64,000 bases of DNA from Ministeria vibrans ATCC 50519 (GCA_943704425.1 CALSCP010002362.1:1-64000), one strand, 5' to 3'. Positions 49,120 through 61,808 are shown, counted from the stretch's first letter. The notes: generated by a model from the letters alone, not told the origin. Program-made: numbers and translations.

Positions 49120-50995
49120 TTACTTCTTGACAGCGCCACCAGTCGTACCCAGACCACACACGGTCTTGAACGAATCCTAAAAGAGAAGAACCATCCAGTC
49201 AGAGACCGCGAGAGAGAGAGAGTGAGAGAAAGAAAGGAAAAGGAAGGAGAAGGAAGGGAGAAAGGAACAAAGTGATAGAGAGAGAGAGAGTGTGTGTGTG
49301 CGTATAAAATTCAATTGTCATTTCGTACGTAGATGTACCACTGAAGACCAGTGAGCGTTCCGATCATGATGATGCGTGTGCCCAGACCCGCTGTCATGAG
49401 GTTCTTCATGCCAATCTCGCCTGCGATCTGGCCAAAGCTCTTGCCCTGGTTCGCTGGCTTGCCAATTTGCGACACAAGGTTGTCGGCAGGGTGCGAAATG
49501 ATGGCACAGCCCACGCCGGCAATGTAGCCTGACAGGAAGGTGATGCCCAGCTGCGTGCTCTTCGAGTACGAGTCCTTGGGCTGCGTGAACACGTTACCGT
49601 AGAGCGTCTCGACGACCGCCTGGAACAGCGCAAATTTGGCCATGGTGTAAGGGATTTGCCTGCTCCAGAGGGGCACGAGCGAGCCAAAGGGGAAGCGCGT
49701 CTCGACCTTCTTGGCCGACATCATCGCCAGAGCGGGGCCCAACGATGTGGGCCACGCGCCCGTCGGCGAAGTCTGCACCTTCACCTTGACCATCTCCATG
49801 GGGCACAGTGCAATGTCAGCGAAGAACTGAAAAGAAAAAAAAAGGGGGGGTCACGTTTTAGTCTTGGATTATTTTTATACTATCATAAAAAAACAACACA
49901 CACCTCGGCGCTGGCACTGGCCGCGAGCCAGATGATGGCACGGTACTTGGTGGCGTTCTCCTCGCCAGCCATGTTGGCGTAGACGTCTTTGAAGACCTCG
50001 TAGAAGCCAAACTTGAAGAATCCCTGCATCGAGTAACCTACATAAAGTGAGACAGAAGGAAGACATCCGCTTAGTAAATGTACGCACACACAACATCAAC
50101 AACAAAGTGCATTTCAGTGTGTACCGATGAGAGTGGGAGCCCATCCCTTGACGAGGTTGGCAACGCCACCCTCGGACGAAATGACGCGCAGAGAGCTGAG
50201 CAGACCCTTGTACTTGCCGGGGTCAGTCTACAGGGAAGAGAAAAAAAAAAAAAGGTCAATGTCATCCCAAATTGTCGGTCAAATTCTCAAGGGATCGCTG
50301 AAGGAAACGGGTGGGGAACACTCACTCACTCACCTGCATGTTGCACTTGGCCACATCAAGAGGGGTGACAGCCTAGAAGGTGGACAGAGACAGTTAATAT
50401 GATGTTTGTTGAGTCAGAGCGACACACAACCGTATGAGAAGAGAGAGTATGATAGCACTTTCTATGACTTACGGTGTGTGTGAGGCCGCACGAGAGAATG
50501 CCGCCCAGCATACACTTCATGTAGTAGTCGGTGGTGTGGGGAATGGGGCCGGCGAAGCGCGAGTCCCATTTGGGCTCTACAGAAAGAAGAGATTGAGATT
50601 TTTTTGCATTGTCGTCGTCAAACGTCAAGCGCGACTGGCTTTGAGTGAATCCGCACTGGGGATCATACAAAACGGTGTAGTCTTAATCGTATGGGCTGCA
50701 AATGCTTGTAAATAGAAAGCGCGACATTTGTCAACGAGACATGAAACGGTTTTTTTTTTTTTTCAGGACACATTCGATGCACGTGGAAAAGCAAGATGGA
50801 GCGTCGTGCGTGTGCCCATACGCGGCTACACTCTGGCGACCGTCTGGCTAGTCCCCTTGGCGCAATGTCTGCGTGCATACCGGCGGCGGAAGGGACGTTG
50901 ATGGGACGGCTCGACGGAGCCGCGTTGGCGACGGCGACGTTCGAGCGGACCAGCGAGGGCATGCCAAAGGGGTTAGAAGAGGCCAGAGAAAGCAT
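49120..50995 (-). CDS. SLC25A3: Mitochondrial phosphate carrier; multi-exon
   Basis: YYMKCMLGGILSCGLTHT, PLDVAKCNMQ, GYSMQGFFKFGFYEVFK, ASASAE.FADIALCPMEMVKVKVQT, PLWSRQIPYTMAKF, RIIMIGTLTGLQW. Confidence 0.95.
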
Positions 50996-51014
50996 CTTGT
51001 CAATATTTTCAAAA

Positions 51015-51449
51015 ATGTGTCGAATAAATTTGATAATTGATTTTTGTAATTTTGTTGCCTTACTTGTGACGAGTGCGTTCGCTCGCACGACTCGACTGCT
51101 CATCGTTGGCGTAAATGACGGTGGTCCTTCCGGCCTTGCGACGGCGTTTCACTTGACAAACCAGCAGTCGACTTCTTTTGAGGTTGAAGTGGCGACAGTC
51201 GGGTGGAGGTTGGGCGGCAAATGTCACACCGGTCGAAACGACACAAGTGGCTTTGGTATGCGAATTGAAGAACACGGTCTACATGCCACGTTTGGTTGGT
51301 ACGACAACACATTTGATATGCTTCGACAAGTGTACCATGAAGCGCCGTGGCCCTCCACTACCTACCCTTTGACGAATTTGAGCATGGCAATGCGGGAGAA
51401 TCGTGCATTCTTGAAGTATTCCCAAGAAAAAAGAAATACAACCCATTAA
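51015..51449 (+). pseudogene. Truncated N-terminal fragment of a bacterial-type FAD/NAD-binding oxidoreductase (carotenoid desaturase/amine oxidase-like)
   Basis: LLIVG(VND)GGPSGLATAFHLT, GWRLGGK..TGRN, RIEEHGLHATFGWYDNTF; stops after about 144 codons. Confidence 0.65.
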
Positions 51450-53150
51450 TGATACAGTCACCACGCGAAGACACAGCCAGACCGCCTTGCAAACTCGACC
51501 GAAACTCTAGAGGTAACATGGGAGAACAGTGGCAGGTCATAGTGCTGTGTCGACGCTATAACCAGTGAGGCAATCGCAATGGTACGTCATACAGTGGAGG
51601 CTTCAGAAAAAAGAAATAGAAGAAATTAATTTGAAAAAAGAAATAATAATAATAATAATAATAAAATAATAATAATTAAAATTTTCATTATTGTAAAAGT
51701 ACAACTCTCGATTCTCTATTAATTATTTTCCTATTGTAAAATTAATAATTATTATAAAATTAAGAAGAAGAATACAACCCATTTATTAATGAGCATACAG
51801 TCATTAATAATAACAACAAAATACAAAATAACAAAATCAAACCAACTATTACAAATTAAAGGAAAGGGGTACGGGGAAAAGCTTGGTTTCCCCCTATTAC
51901 AAATCAGAGAAAAGGGGTTACTAGGTTGTCCAATTAAAAAAAGAAAAAAAACTATTATACAGCGTTACTAAATACTTTAACTTTACTGTTATTCTACTAC
52001 CTATACTCTAAAGAGGTTACTAAAGTGGTTACTAAAGGTTACTCAGGTTACTAAAGTATCAGGAAATCCACCAGAATACATAGCTCCCATACTGCCTCCG
52101 TTTTCTTTGCGACCCAAACTTTTGCAACTTACTCCTTTGTATATAGTTTTATTATGCGTTCCATGTTCTTTATTATTAATTGAAACATAAAATCCAATAA
52201 CATTTGTTATTACCGCTAATTGGCAACTCTGATGAACCCATGTTGCCATATCGTCGAAGTCGGAAACAACTCCGACCAAGCGTGGGACAAGCAGGACTGT
52301 CCAGTTGAGTGGAAATGCTAAAGAAACCAGCGTTTGGGGTGTCGTCATCCGAGTGGAGAAGGGTACATCGCCCTGAAACCGAATTAGTCAGATCAAATAC
52401 CAGTTCCTTGACTCCAAATGAATAGCACAGCATCCTGTCAATGCTACATTCATCGCTAGATGGAGCAATACCAATGGAGGCATTCGAGAGGAACATCGAC
52501 TCTTGAACAAGTGGCGAAGGACCATAGTAAATTCGGTTGCCATTTGAGCAAAAACGGTACATCGACCTCCAGTCTTTGCCAAGCTTTTCTTCCTCAAGTT
52601 GCTGCACTTTGGCAGTCAGTGACCCCACAGTTTGAGTCAGACTCTCCATTTGAGCCAAGATATCCGTGCTGTTGACAAAAACACTGCCGTTTTCCGCAGG
52701 AGAAATAACGACGTTGCCATCGACGTTCTCAATAGTTGCAACCTCGGAGGCATCACTACTCAGACACATGACGCCCAAGAACAGGGCGGAAATCACAAGA
52801 ACCTGAGCGTAGGACGGATTCTCGGTTATTTCTGCTCCACTGACTGATTTCTCGGAGATTTCTCACCTTGAAATGCATAGTGACGACTACTCCGTACTTC
52901 GTACGGAGTACGTGGTAGGCGGTGGTACGTTCGACAAGGCAGAAATAACGTTGTACTCTTAGGGAGAGCAAATTATCTGTTATTCAACACCTGATTTTAC
53001 AGTACTCCTCGTAATGAATTAACAATTATTATTGATTCAACAATAATAATTATTATTAGAAGAAGAATACATCCCATTTATTCATGATACAGTCACCAGA
53101 TCTACAACAAAAGCACAAGTGCAATCGCTATCCAGTGAGGTAATCGCAAT
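51431..53150 (+). repeat. Dispersed direct repeats at 51431-51463/51554-51580, 51764-51802 and 53059-53098/53126-53150
   Basis: aatacaXcccat...atgatacagtcacca and cgcta..ccagtgaggYaatcgcaat recur in the same order. Confidence 0.7.
52176..52878 (-). CDS. Secreted protein C: signal peptide, cubilin-NTD-like motif, coiled coil, unknown Cys-containing domain; exons 52878-52867 and 52802-52176
   Basis: MHFK|VLVISALFLGVMCLSSDA; IENVDGNVVISPAENGSVFVNSTDILAQMESLTQTVGSLTAKVQQLEEEKL. Confidence 0.75.
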
Positions 53151-53253
53151 TATTATATTCAACATCAGTAAATTAAAATTTTCTGGTTAATTATGAATAA
53201 TTATGTTTTAGTATTTTTTTTTTCTTGGGTAGGGGCTTTGACCTTGCGGAATC

Positions 53254-55738
53254 GATGAGCGGCAGCTGGGTACGCTACCGTATCCCTGCTCCCGATTGGT
53301 CTTTTATCAACAACCCTCTGATCGGGCAGACTACAGACTACTATTGTGACACCCTGTGGCGAGAGCACTGCGCCCACTCCTCCCAAGTCATTTTGCCGCA
53401 CTTGTGCCGACTTTGCTTGGTCACTACCTCTCTGCTGCCTGTGCTTATCTCCTCCTCAAGGAGTTTTCTTTGAAGCGCATATGACAGCTTGGATGTCAAA
53501 AGCAAAGGCGGACTCCCGTAACACTCCTTGGTTGCATCTTGCAGAAGAAGTCAGCGCATTCTTTCTCGCTGTCTTTCGTGGGCTCGCACGAGAGAGACCA
53601 AACCGAATTAACCGATTCATCGATCTTGACCCTTTTGAGTTTTGACTTGAGAGACTATGATTTCCAACTATTTACATAACAGCTGACATTATTTTTTATT
53701 ACTTTTTCCCCCCAAAAGTTTTCTACAAAAAAGAAGAAACAAACCTTCGTCCAGCATGTCCTGGCTCGAAACCCTGAGAGATTTCGCATGGAAGTCCAAG
53801 AATACAGTTGCACACACACTCCTACGCGCAGCTGTGCCGCTTCCGCCCCCGGAGAGGACAGTCAATGTCCTTTCGCGAGCGCTCGCGACCTGCCCGGTAT
53901 CGGACGAATTTGTTGCGCTCGTTGGCGGCTTTGCGTCGTCTAACATCGGTGTATTGTTGGACGTCTTGCAAGAAGCGGAGGCGTTGCGTCGGATTCTAGA
54001 GAACTCGACCGACATGTCCAAAACTCTTTCGCAAACGCTTTACGCAATGTCTGCTGCCACACAAACCTTCCCGCTTGCTCTTTGCCTCCCTGACATCTTC
54101 GAGCGTTTTGCTGCCATCAACCTCTCTTCCGCTTCCCCCGACCAACGTTTCGTCGCGCTCAATCTGATAGCGACGATCCGTCGTTCTCTGGCACGCTCCC
54201 TCACAATGGGGATGCGAGATGCCCAGGGAAACTCAGCCGATGTGATGTTGTCGCTGGGTGGAGATTTCTCCGTCCAATGGGTGGCACGTGTTCTTGTCGA
54301 CGCGATCAACACCGCCGACAAAGCGTCGCAAGCAACCACGTCAGGCGACGCAATGAAGTCGCGAGTGTGCGATGCCATCGCTTGCAACGCTGTCAAGGTG
54401 CTCTCGCTGCTTGTATACAATAATGTACAATTGCAGGAGGAAGCAGTGGGGCATGGGAATGGATGTTTGCTCGAGTACGTGGAGGGCATGCTGGCCTTCT
54501 TTGCGCGCGACAGTGCCATCCAAGAGCGGAGCTATGGGCCCGCTTCGGCCCCATCGACACCTCTCGCGACCCACGCGGGCGACGAGGCGCCCCAATGGCC
54601 CGACAGTGCAAACACCGGTTTTCTGGCTGTGGAGGAGGCTTTTGATCCCATGATAGGTCTGGTGTCCGAGAAGGAGCCTACCAACCGCCTTGGCGGCGGC
54701 GGTGGTGGTGGTTTTCATGTCCCGCGTGGAGGCCACAGTAAACCTGGCACAGTTCCCGTGTCTGTTCTCTTTGCGCCCTATCCTCCAGCACCATTGCGCA
54801 GCAGCAACGCTTATGCGCTCGACAACATCGCAGACTCAATGGAACGGTGGAAGCTCATCGTCTTAAAGGAACTGCTACACTTGGTGTCGGTGCTCGCATA
54901 CCAGGTGCACCCTGGCGAGGACCGCTCGTGGTTGTACGCAAGTTCCCCAATGCAAGCGACAAGGAGCAGTGCACAGGATGCCCTGCTCGAGACGAACATC
55001 CCCGGTCATGTCAGTTCCATGCTGCATCTCTCTCTCCCCGTGCTCTCCCTCGACACCATCGGCCTGCGTAGCAACACCAATGTGTACCGCTTTTTCAAGA
55101 CGGCCCTGTCTGCCCTGGCCAACATGAGCTATAACTGCCGTCCCGTGCAGCACCAGCTCGCTCGCCACACCCTCCTACATGGCATCCTGCCCCAGTATCT
55201 ATTCCAACACTGCCTGGAGCTAATGCAGGCCACAACATGGCCAGACCTGGGCGAAGACGGTCAGAAGGCCATTGCCTCTCTAGTAATGAGGGGGGCCAAG
55301 CTCGTCGCCACTGTGTTTGCCAACCGCCCCGATCTTCAGCGACACCAGCTCTTCGACTGCCGTGGGTCGACCAAGGAGTTTAAACCTTTAGTTCAGTCGT
55401 TTCTAAACATTGTAGATCAGGTTGACTCTATGGTGGAGCAGGTGGAACTCGCCGGGAAACTCGTGGAGTATCTCTTTGTGGCAGTGCGCGAGCTCATTGG
55501 TGTGCGCAATGACAGTCGGCTTTCCGTGCTGCGGCGATTGCTGGTGCGGGCGTTGGCGCGAGTGGCCCGCACAGTTCTCCGTGACGCCACGAACAGTGAA
55601 TTTGTTGCGTCCGTTGCATTGAGTGTTCGTTCGGAGTCAGGCGAGGCATATACTGATGTTGATGTAGCCGAATCGCCCGTAGCGGAGTCAGTGTGTACGT
55701 GAGCCAAATAACCCCGGCTCTCATTTTATCGTTCTCAT

Positions 55739-55773
<35 letters not shown>

Positions 55774-57365
55774 TAGCAACGCAATGGGCGACTATTTGGC
55801 GAGAGTTGATGGATGCGACAAAGAGAAGCGAACGCGCCTGTGTTGGTGTGAAGAGGGCGTGCACAGAGACGCAACGTGCCATGTCACCCGCGCCACTCGA
55901 AGAATCTCTTCCACCTGTCAAATGGCTCGTCTCCTTCCTCCAGTCGCTGCCGCTGTCCCGAGCCAGCGACATGCACATGTATCTGGTTCACGGCAGCGCG
56001 TCGCAAAGTCGAGTGCGTCTCCTCGTGCGGCCACCCAAGGGAGGGTTCAAGGCGCTCCGCCAAGTTCGAGACAAACACAAGGATGATATTGACAGACTAC
56101 TGTGCGGCATGGATGGTCTTCTCGTTGGGCAGAAAGAACTCCGTATCGACGGTGTTTCACTTGACCGTCTCATTCCACCGGAGCCAGTCAAGCCTCTTCC
56201 TCTCGGGAGAAGCTTTGAGGAGTTCGCACAGGTGCGGAGAAACACATTGTGCAAAATCACCTCGCCTTCTTACACATTCTTTTTTTGCTTCATCGTTTCA
56301 GATCTCACTAGACGCCAGCGCGGTATTCTCACTCAAAGCCCCGCTGTGTTAATATACCTCAACAAAAATATACTAATTAGTGCACAATATGTTGTATACT
56401 TATAATGGGTGCGACGATTCAATAAAGAGGTCATTTTACTGCACACTCGCGGCGCTAATTGCTCTCGCCATAGCATTTCAAGAGTGCCCATATCGCGCTG
56501 CCTGCAACAATACGAAAATTCCGCGAGTTTCAAGAGAAAGGCCATTATGATGATATATATAGTACCTTCTGGTGGGGGGGGGGATTGAAATTTGTTGACG
56601 ATGTCGCTGCTCAACGCAACAATCGCATCGTGGAGTTTTAGAATTTCTTTTTTGCTTGAAGAAGTGATTAGATTGGGTATGGGGGTATCCGTTCTCATTC
56701 CGGGCGCGAAGTTTATTGTGCCCACGGAACTTGCTCTCTCTCACTGAAATGCTTGCTCGAGATTGATCACGACCTAGGACACGATTATGAAAAAGATCAC
56801 CAATGTCGTGGATAAGATGGCCAATGCCCCCAACCCCCTTGCGGACAGACCTTGCGGTTTTTGTGGATAGCTACAAATCCATTCGTCCGGAAGTGCGGAA
56901 CGCGGAGACTCGCGACGCTGCCAAGTTGGTGGTGACGCGCGAGCAGTTCAACTCCGCTATGTCACAATGGATGACTCGACGCCTGCAAGCGTTTTTTTGG
57001 AGACTTTGAATCACTTGCTCGCAATGATTGGCCAGCGCACGCAATTAATCATTCAGCACGACACGTCGGTCATCGAGCGCGCGCTCAAGCAAGAGCTCCT
57101 GCCTCTGCTAAAACTCCGCATCGACCATATTCAAATAATTCAGGTGGACCTTGACGCACTCAATGCTGATTCGAGCGCGCTGACTAATTTGCAAATGGTC
57201 CTCCAGTCGCTCTTGGTGGATCTCAGCGACGACGCTCTTCATTCGCTCTATCTCATGACCAAGTCTCTCACGTGCCAGTACTCTGAAATTGCCACTCCTG
57301 TTACTGTCACCGTCTCGTCTACGGGATCGCTCAGCATTCGGTACCAGCTGCGCGAAATTCGCTAG
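53254..57365 (+). CDS. Large uncharacterised helical (ARM/HEAT-like) protein; multi-exon, boundaries uncertain
   Basis: 648-codon Leu/Ala-rich exon 53756-55696 (e.g. ALSALANMSYNCRPVQ, VLSLLVYNNVQLQEE); flanking open frames with GT-AG sites. Confidence 0.55.
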
Positions 57366-57493
57366 CAACAAACACTCCTGGGAGGAGACCCACCGTGGAA
57401 GCACGTTCCCCTTCCGTCTTCTGCTTCCCCCCCAATTTCTCTCCTTGCCTCTCAGGCTTGCATCGGCCGCGACCAACACATCAACAATGAGAA

Positions 57494-58434
57494 ATGCATC
57501 GGCGCTGGCAGGGAGCAATCCATTGTATATGCGGCCACCACCCGAGAGTTTGGAAAGCAGCCACAACACCAGCTGGCACTAGTCCACACGTCTCCTTGTC
57601 TCCCGCCAAAGTGTCCTTCATCGTGCCGCTTGGCTATTCAGGCACAAACTTGTTTTACAACGTTGGCATGAGTGATATTGATGTGTGTGTGTCTGGTGTG
57701 TCGACCGGCAACAACCAACTGCGTGTCATTATCAAGACGTCGGCCAACATGCGCATTATCGACGCAAGCGGGAGGCCCATTGAGCTCTCTGGAGAGCCTC
57801 GAATCTATGTCAAGGTCATCAACCTTGACTCATGTGCTGCGCTCAATGCTCTCCCAGTCAATTCCTTTCCCATTTACGGGAGTAGTACTGCCAGTTACTC
57901 GACAGTGGAAGCATCAAGTCACTCTCGTGCTGGTATCTTGTACCCAATTGATGCACACGGGCGTCTGTCATGCTGTACAACCATCCATCTCGATTCACCA
58001 CCTTTGAAGTGTCTGTTCTACAATCGGTCAACCAAGGCCTCACCATCAATCAGAGTTAGCAAAAATAATAAATTATATTAATAATAATATTTTATTGTCA
58101 TATTTTTTTCGTCTTTAGGAAGCGAGCCATCGTTCAGCTGACTGTTAGCGGAACAGCTTCTCCACTTGCTGCGGAGCCAGTGATCCCCGTTACTTTAGGT
58201 GGTACATCACTTCAATCAAAGCGACAGGATACAATACGTCGTTTGCGTGGGTACACAAGCACCCCCGCACACAATCTGGGTGACAACGCAAGAAGAAACA
58301 AAAATCGGCTAACAGTTGAAATTGTTGCCCCGGGTGCTGTTGTTAGTGCCCTCCTACTCACTGGGGGTATTGTTTTTTGTTTTTTTGCAAAGCAACGCAA
58401 ACGTCATTCACAAGGCCACCATCGCGTTAATTAG
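57494..58434 (+). other. Open frames encoding a beta-rich segment and one C-terminal TM helix; either the 3' part of the preceding gene or a separate/degraded membrane-protein gene
   Basis: IVAPGAVVSALLLTGGIVFCFF-AKQRKR; frame continuity with upstream exons not resolved. Confidence 0.3.
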
Positions 58435-58638
58435 CACCAAGAAAGAAAAACTATTAACAATAAAGAAGAAGACAAAAACTTATCGCGGCATCAAAAGCGA
58501 CACAGACCCCCTTTTTAAGCTACAGAGGAGAGTCAAGAGAGGAACCGAACTAGACAGATTAGCTGATGGCGAGACACATGGCGCAATAGACACGACATAC
58601 ACCATAGTTTTACAGTAATGGAATACATAAAATTTCAG

Positions 58639-61392
58639 TTACGTCTTCTTCTTCGAAATCTTGCGCCCCTTTGCCGTCGTCGTCTTTGTTCGCTTTTGAC
58701 GCGAGACGCCGGCCGTCGCAGCTCGATAGTTGATACCTTGATCATCAAGAAAGTCCGCGAGCGCCACCAGACCACAGCGGACACCGGCGCGCTCCTTGAG
58801 CACACGTTGAATGTCGCGCAGCTCAAGCGGCTGGTACATGAGTATTTTCTCATATAGCTCGTCACACTGCCTCACTGCCATAGCTAGTCGACGTGTCATA
58901 CGCTCTTCTTTGCTCAACAACGCACCGGCATCGTCAACCCCATCGCTCTCCACACCACCGACATCTTCGTCTTCCGAACCCATCTCGAGCAGGTTGTCTG
59001 CCACCCCGTCCGACATGGCATCGCTGTCGCCGCACATGGAACTTGCCACGCTCGACTGACTTGCCATGTTATCCTCACCCTGCGTACCCCCCCCTCCTCC
59101 TCCTCCTCCTCCTCCACGACCACCAAAGATGGACGCAAAGTGGCGATGTTCTGCCTCATGCGCAGACTGCTCTCGTGCCAGTTCGCGCTGGCTCGCTCGC
59201 GCATACGCACTCAACTCAATCAATTTAGCCACCATGACCTTGCGTCCACCACGCATTGTCCGCATCCCAAACTTACGCAAGCGAATAGTCAATTCAGGCG
59301 TCGTCATGCGTCCAAATCCATCTACATCTCTCTCTCCCTCCTCCTCCTCCTCCTCGTCGCCGCCGTCGTCGTCGTCGTCGACAGCTTCCGCGGCAGTGCG
59401 TTTTTGTCCTCTTCCTTCGTCCATCAATTCCACCTCATCGTTATCATCAATGTCGTCATCATCATTATCATCAATACCCCGCTGCATCATCATCATCTCT
59501 TCCATCGTCTCCACCTGGTAGTACGGCTGCAAAACATCGCCGCCCTCCTCACAACCGCCCGTCACCACTGCCCCGCACGCCAGCATCAGATCATCATCAT
59601 CATCATCATCGTCCTCATCCGGCTTGTATCCATCCTCATTGCATTCAGTGACACCGCCCACCGCTTCATCATCATCAGACACTGCTACTGTTGGTTCCAT
59701 TCGCTCCTGACCATTCTCCTTGTCACTACTCTCCACAAGAGTCGTTCTTCTTGTCTCAAACAAGTCTCGACTCGCTTCGTCGTCCTCTTCCTCAAGCCAC
59801 GCACGTCTCTCAACACCCTCAACAGTCTCTCGCTTCCCTTCCACAACCTCCACCGAAGCACTCAGTGACGAGCTACTCCCGCAACTATCCACTCGAATGG
59901 CAGTCGGAGTTTTCTCCGCGTCCTCTTCCTTCTCCCCTTCCCCTCCTTCATCCTCATTTGCTGCACGCTCACCTTCGTTGGCTGCATGTAGCAGTCGTTC
60001 GTTTCGCTCCCTCTCCAGTCGACGCATTGTGTTGGCAAATGTCTGATGTGCCTCTGCGACTGTCGCGGCCAAAAGCTCACGCGCCACACGTGTCTCCTCC
60101 TCGAAGATACATTGTATCTCTTGACGCTCTGGACACAGTTCGCGTTCAAATGTGGGCAACAGGCCCGTCACATAAAACTGTTGCGGTCCATCAGGCTGTT
60201 GCGCTGCCAGTGTCCACAGCGACATGTCACTGCAACCGTTTTCGTCTGCTCGGCGATGCGGCGTGGTGTAGTCGAGACGGCTTGGCGGCATGGGCGGCGT
60301 TTGTAACTCGTCGTCATCGTTGTCACTGTTGCTTCGACGCACTTTAACAACACTCGACTCGAGTGCGGCCGCTGCACGTATCTGTACTTTGCGGTCTAGC
60401 TCGGAGGGGGTACGGGTGAGCAGTGGTGGGGGTGTCCGGTCGCGTCCTCCAGCAGCGCTGCGACGTGTGGAAATCCGACCACGAGCACTGACACCACGAG
60501 TGCTGCTGCTGCTGCTTGCCACCGCTGAACGCCACCGTCCTCGTCCACCGCCGCGAGCCTCGTTACAACCAATCGTGTCTGTTGTGACAGTCGCAGTGCT
60601 CAGTGTCACCGAAGTGGTGCGATCCACACCGGCGGCCACCTCGAGACGGCGCTGCTCTGACGTTCGACCATGTCGGTCCACAAGCGACGCACTGAGTGCC
60701 ATTCCCACCTGAAGACTTTCGTCAGGGACACGCGATCCACGACGCGGACGTTTTCCCGATGCACCACTCGATGCGACACGTGTGGCGCCGGGGCTGGAGC
60801 GCACTGGGGTGAGGGTCGTTTGTACGAGCATGCGTGCTGCCTCTTGCTCGATTTGTCGTAGAATACCCACAAGACGAGTGGTCGATACATTGTGTGCGAG
60901 ACCGCACCGTTTTATGTGCGCCGCACGCGCCCGTCGATCGAGATCGTTCAATCGAGTGTCGCACAACGGACAGAGGGGCGCCTCGGTGCCCGGACGGGCA
61001 GCACCAGCGGGAGTGTTGTCGGCGGAGGCGTAGCACGCAGCCAAGTGCTGAGCCCGTTCGTCGTCGTCGCGCAGCAGACGCAAGTCAATGGCACAAATTT
61101 CGCAACGCGCAGACGGAGTGAGCGGTTTGGAGGGGGTGCCAGGGGTTTGCGAAACGTCCCGTCTTCGATCCAAACACGCATTCACATGATCCTCACGCGC
61201 CTTGTCTCCTGCCACGGGTTTCAAATCCAGCGAACAGACAGGACACACCACAATGGAAGAGGCGCTCGACGTGTGGACGACGTGGTTCTCTTCGTCCGAT
61301 GTGGCGGTCCTGTTTGCGTTTGTCGTGTCCGCTAAACACCCGACGGGCGACGGTTCAAAAGGAGAACGAGGCGGAGAGAGCGCTGATACCGA
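58639..61392 (-). CDS. SLX4: Structure-specific endonuclease scaffold SLX4 (5' end in or beyond the N gap)
   Basis: UBZ-type fingers CPVC...HVNAC, CEIC...HLAAC, CPLC...HIKRC; LQVGMALSASL; SLWTLAA; SAP-like MTTPELTIRLRKFGMR; C-terminal LYEKILMYQPLEL...FLDDQGINY. Confidence 0.88.
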   Translation of the reverse strand, partial: SVSALSPPRSPFEPSPVGCLADTTNANRTATSDEENHVVHTSSASSIVVCPVCSLDLKPVAGDKAREDHVNACLDRRRDVSQTPGTPSKPLTPSARCEICAIDLRLLRDDDERAQHLAACYASADNTPAGAARPGTEAPLCPLCDTRLNDLDRRARAAHIKRCGLAHNVSTTRLVGILRQIEQEAARMLVQTTLTPVRSSPGATRVASSGASGKRPRRGSRVPDESLQVGMALSASLVDRHGRTSEQRRLEVAAGVDRTTSVTLSTATVTTDTIGCNEARGGGRGRWRSAVASSSSSTRGVSARGRISTRRSAAGGRDRTPPPLLTRTPSELDRKVQIRAAAALESSVVKVRRSNSDNDDDELQTPPMPPSRLDYTTPHRRADENGCSDMSLWTLAAQQPDGPQQFYVTGLLPTFERELCPERQEIQCIFEEETRVARELLAATVAEAHQTFANTMRRLERERNERLLHAANEGERAANEDEGGEGEKEEDAEKTPTAIRVDSCGSSSSLSASVEVVEGKRETVEGVERRAWLEEEDDEASRDLFETRRTTLVESSDKENGQERMEPTVAVSDDDEAVGGVTECNEDGYKPDEDDDDDDDDLMLACGAVVTGGCEEGGDVLQPYYQVETMEEMMMMQRGIDDNDDDDIDDNDEVELMDEGRGQKRTAAEAVDDDDDGGDEEEEEEGERDVDGFGRMTTPELTIRLRKFGMRTMRGGRKVMVAKLIELSAYARASQRELAREQSAHEAEHRHFASIFGGRGGGGGGGGGGTQGEDNMASQSSVASSMCGDSDAMSDGVADNLLEMGSEDEDVGGVESDGVDDAGALLSKEERMTRRLAMAVRQCDELYEKILMYQPLELRDIQRVLKERAGVRCGLVALADFLDDQGINYRAATAGVSRQKRTKTTTAKGRKISKKKT

Positions 61393-61808
61393 NNNNNNNN
61401 NNNNNNNNNNNNNNNNNNNNNNNNNNNNNNNNNNNNNNNNNNNTTAACTCAGAACGTCTTCTTCTGCTCGCCGCGCAACACGTGTTAGTCTGGTGTTAAA
61501 TAAGTTAATCCCGTTATATTGCATTGAACAGCAAACTGTATAAAACATGTAAATCGTAGCCTAATACTGCTTTCTAAAGTTTGCTTCCATTGACAAGCCG
61601 GCTCCTTTTGACATTGGAACGTGTGTACATATAAACAGTTTTGCGTCTCTCTCATTCCGCTCTATCTCAATCTCTTTGTTCTCTCACGCTGTCACTCTCG
61701 CTCACTCCGTCGCTCTCTCTCTGTCTCTCTGTCTGTCTCTGTCAGTCTCTCCCCCCCCCTCTCTCTGTGTGTGTGTCTGTCTCTGTCTCTCTTCGTCGGG
61801 TGAAAAGA

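Noticed and set aside
50796-51014. 5' extension of the 217-aa ORF upstream of the oxidoreductase fragment
   Set aside because: Antisense to exon 1 of the phosphate carrier; not protein-like.
52012-52060. ggttactaaa short tandem repeat resembling telomeric seed sequence
   Set aside because: Only about four degenerate units and not TTAGGG-like enough to support.
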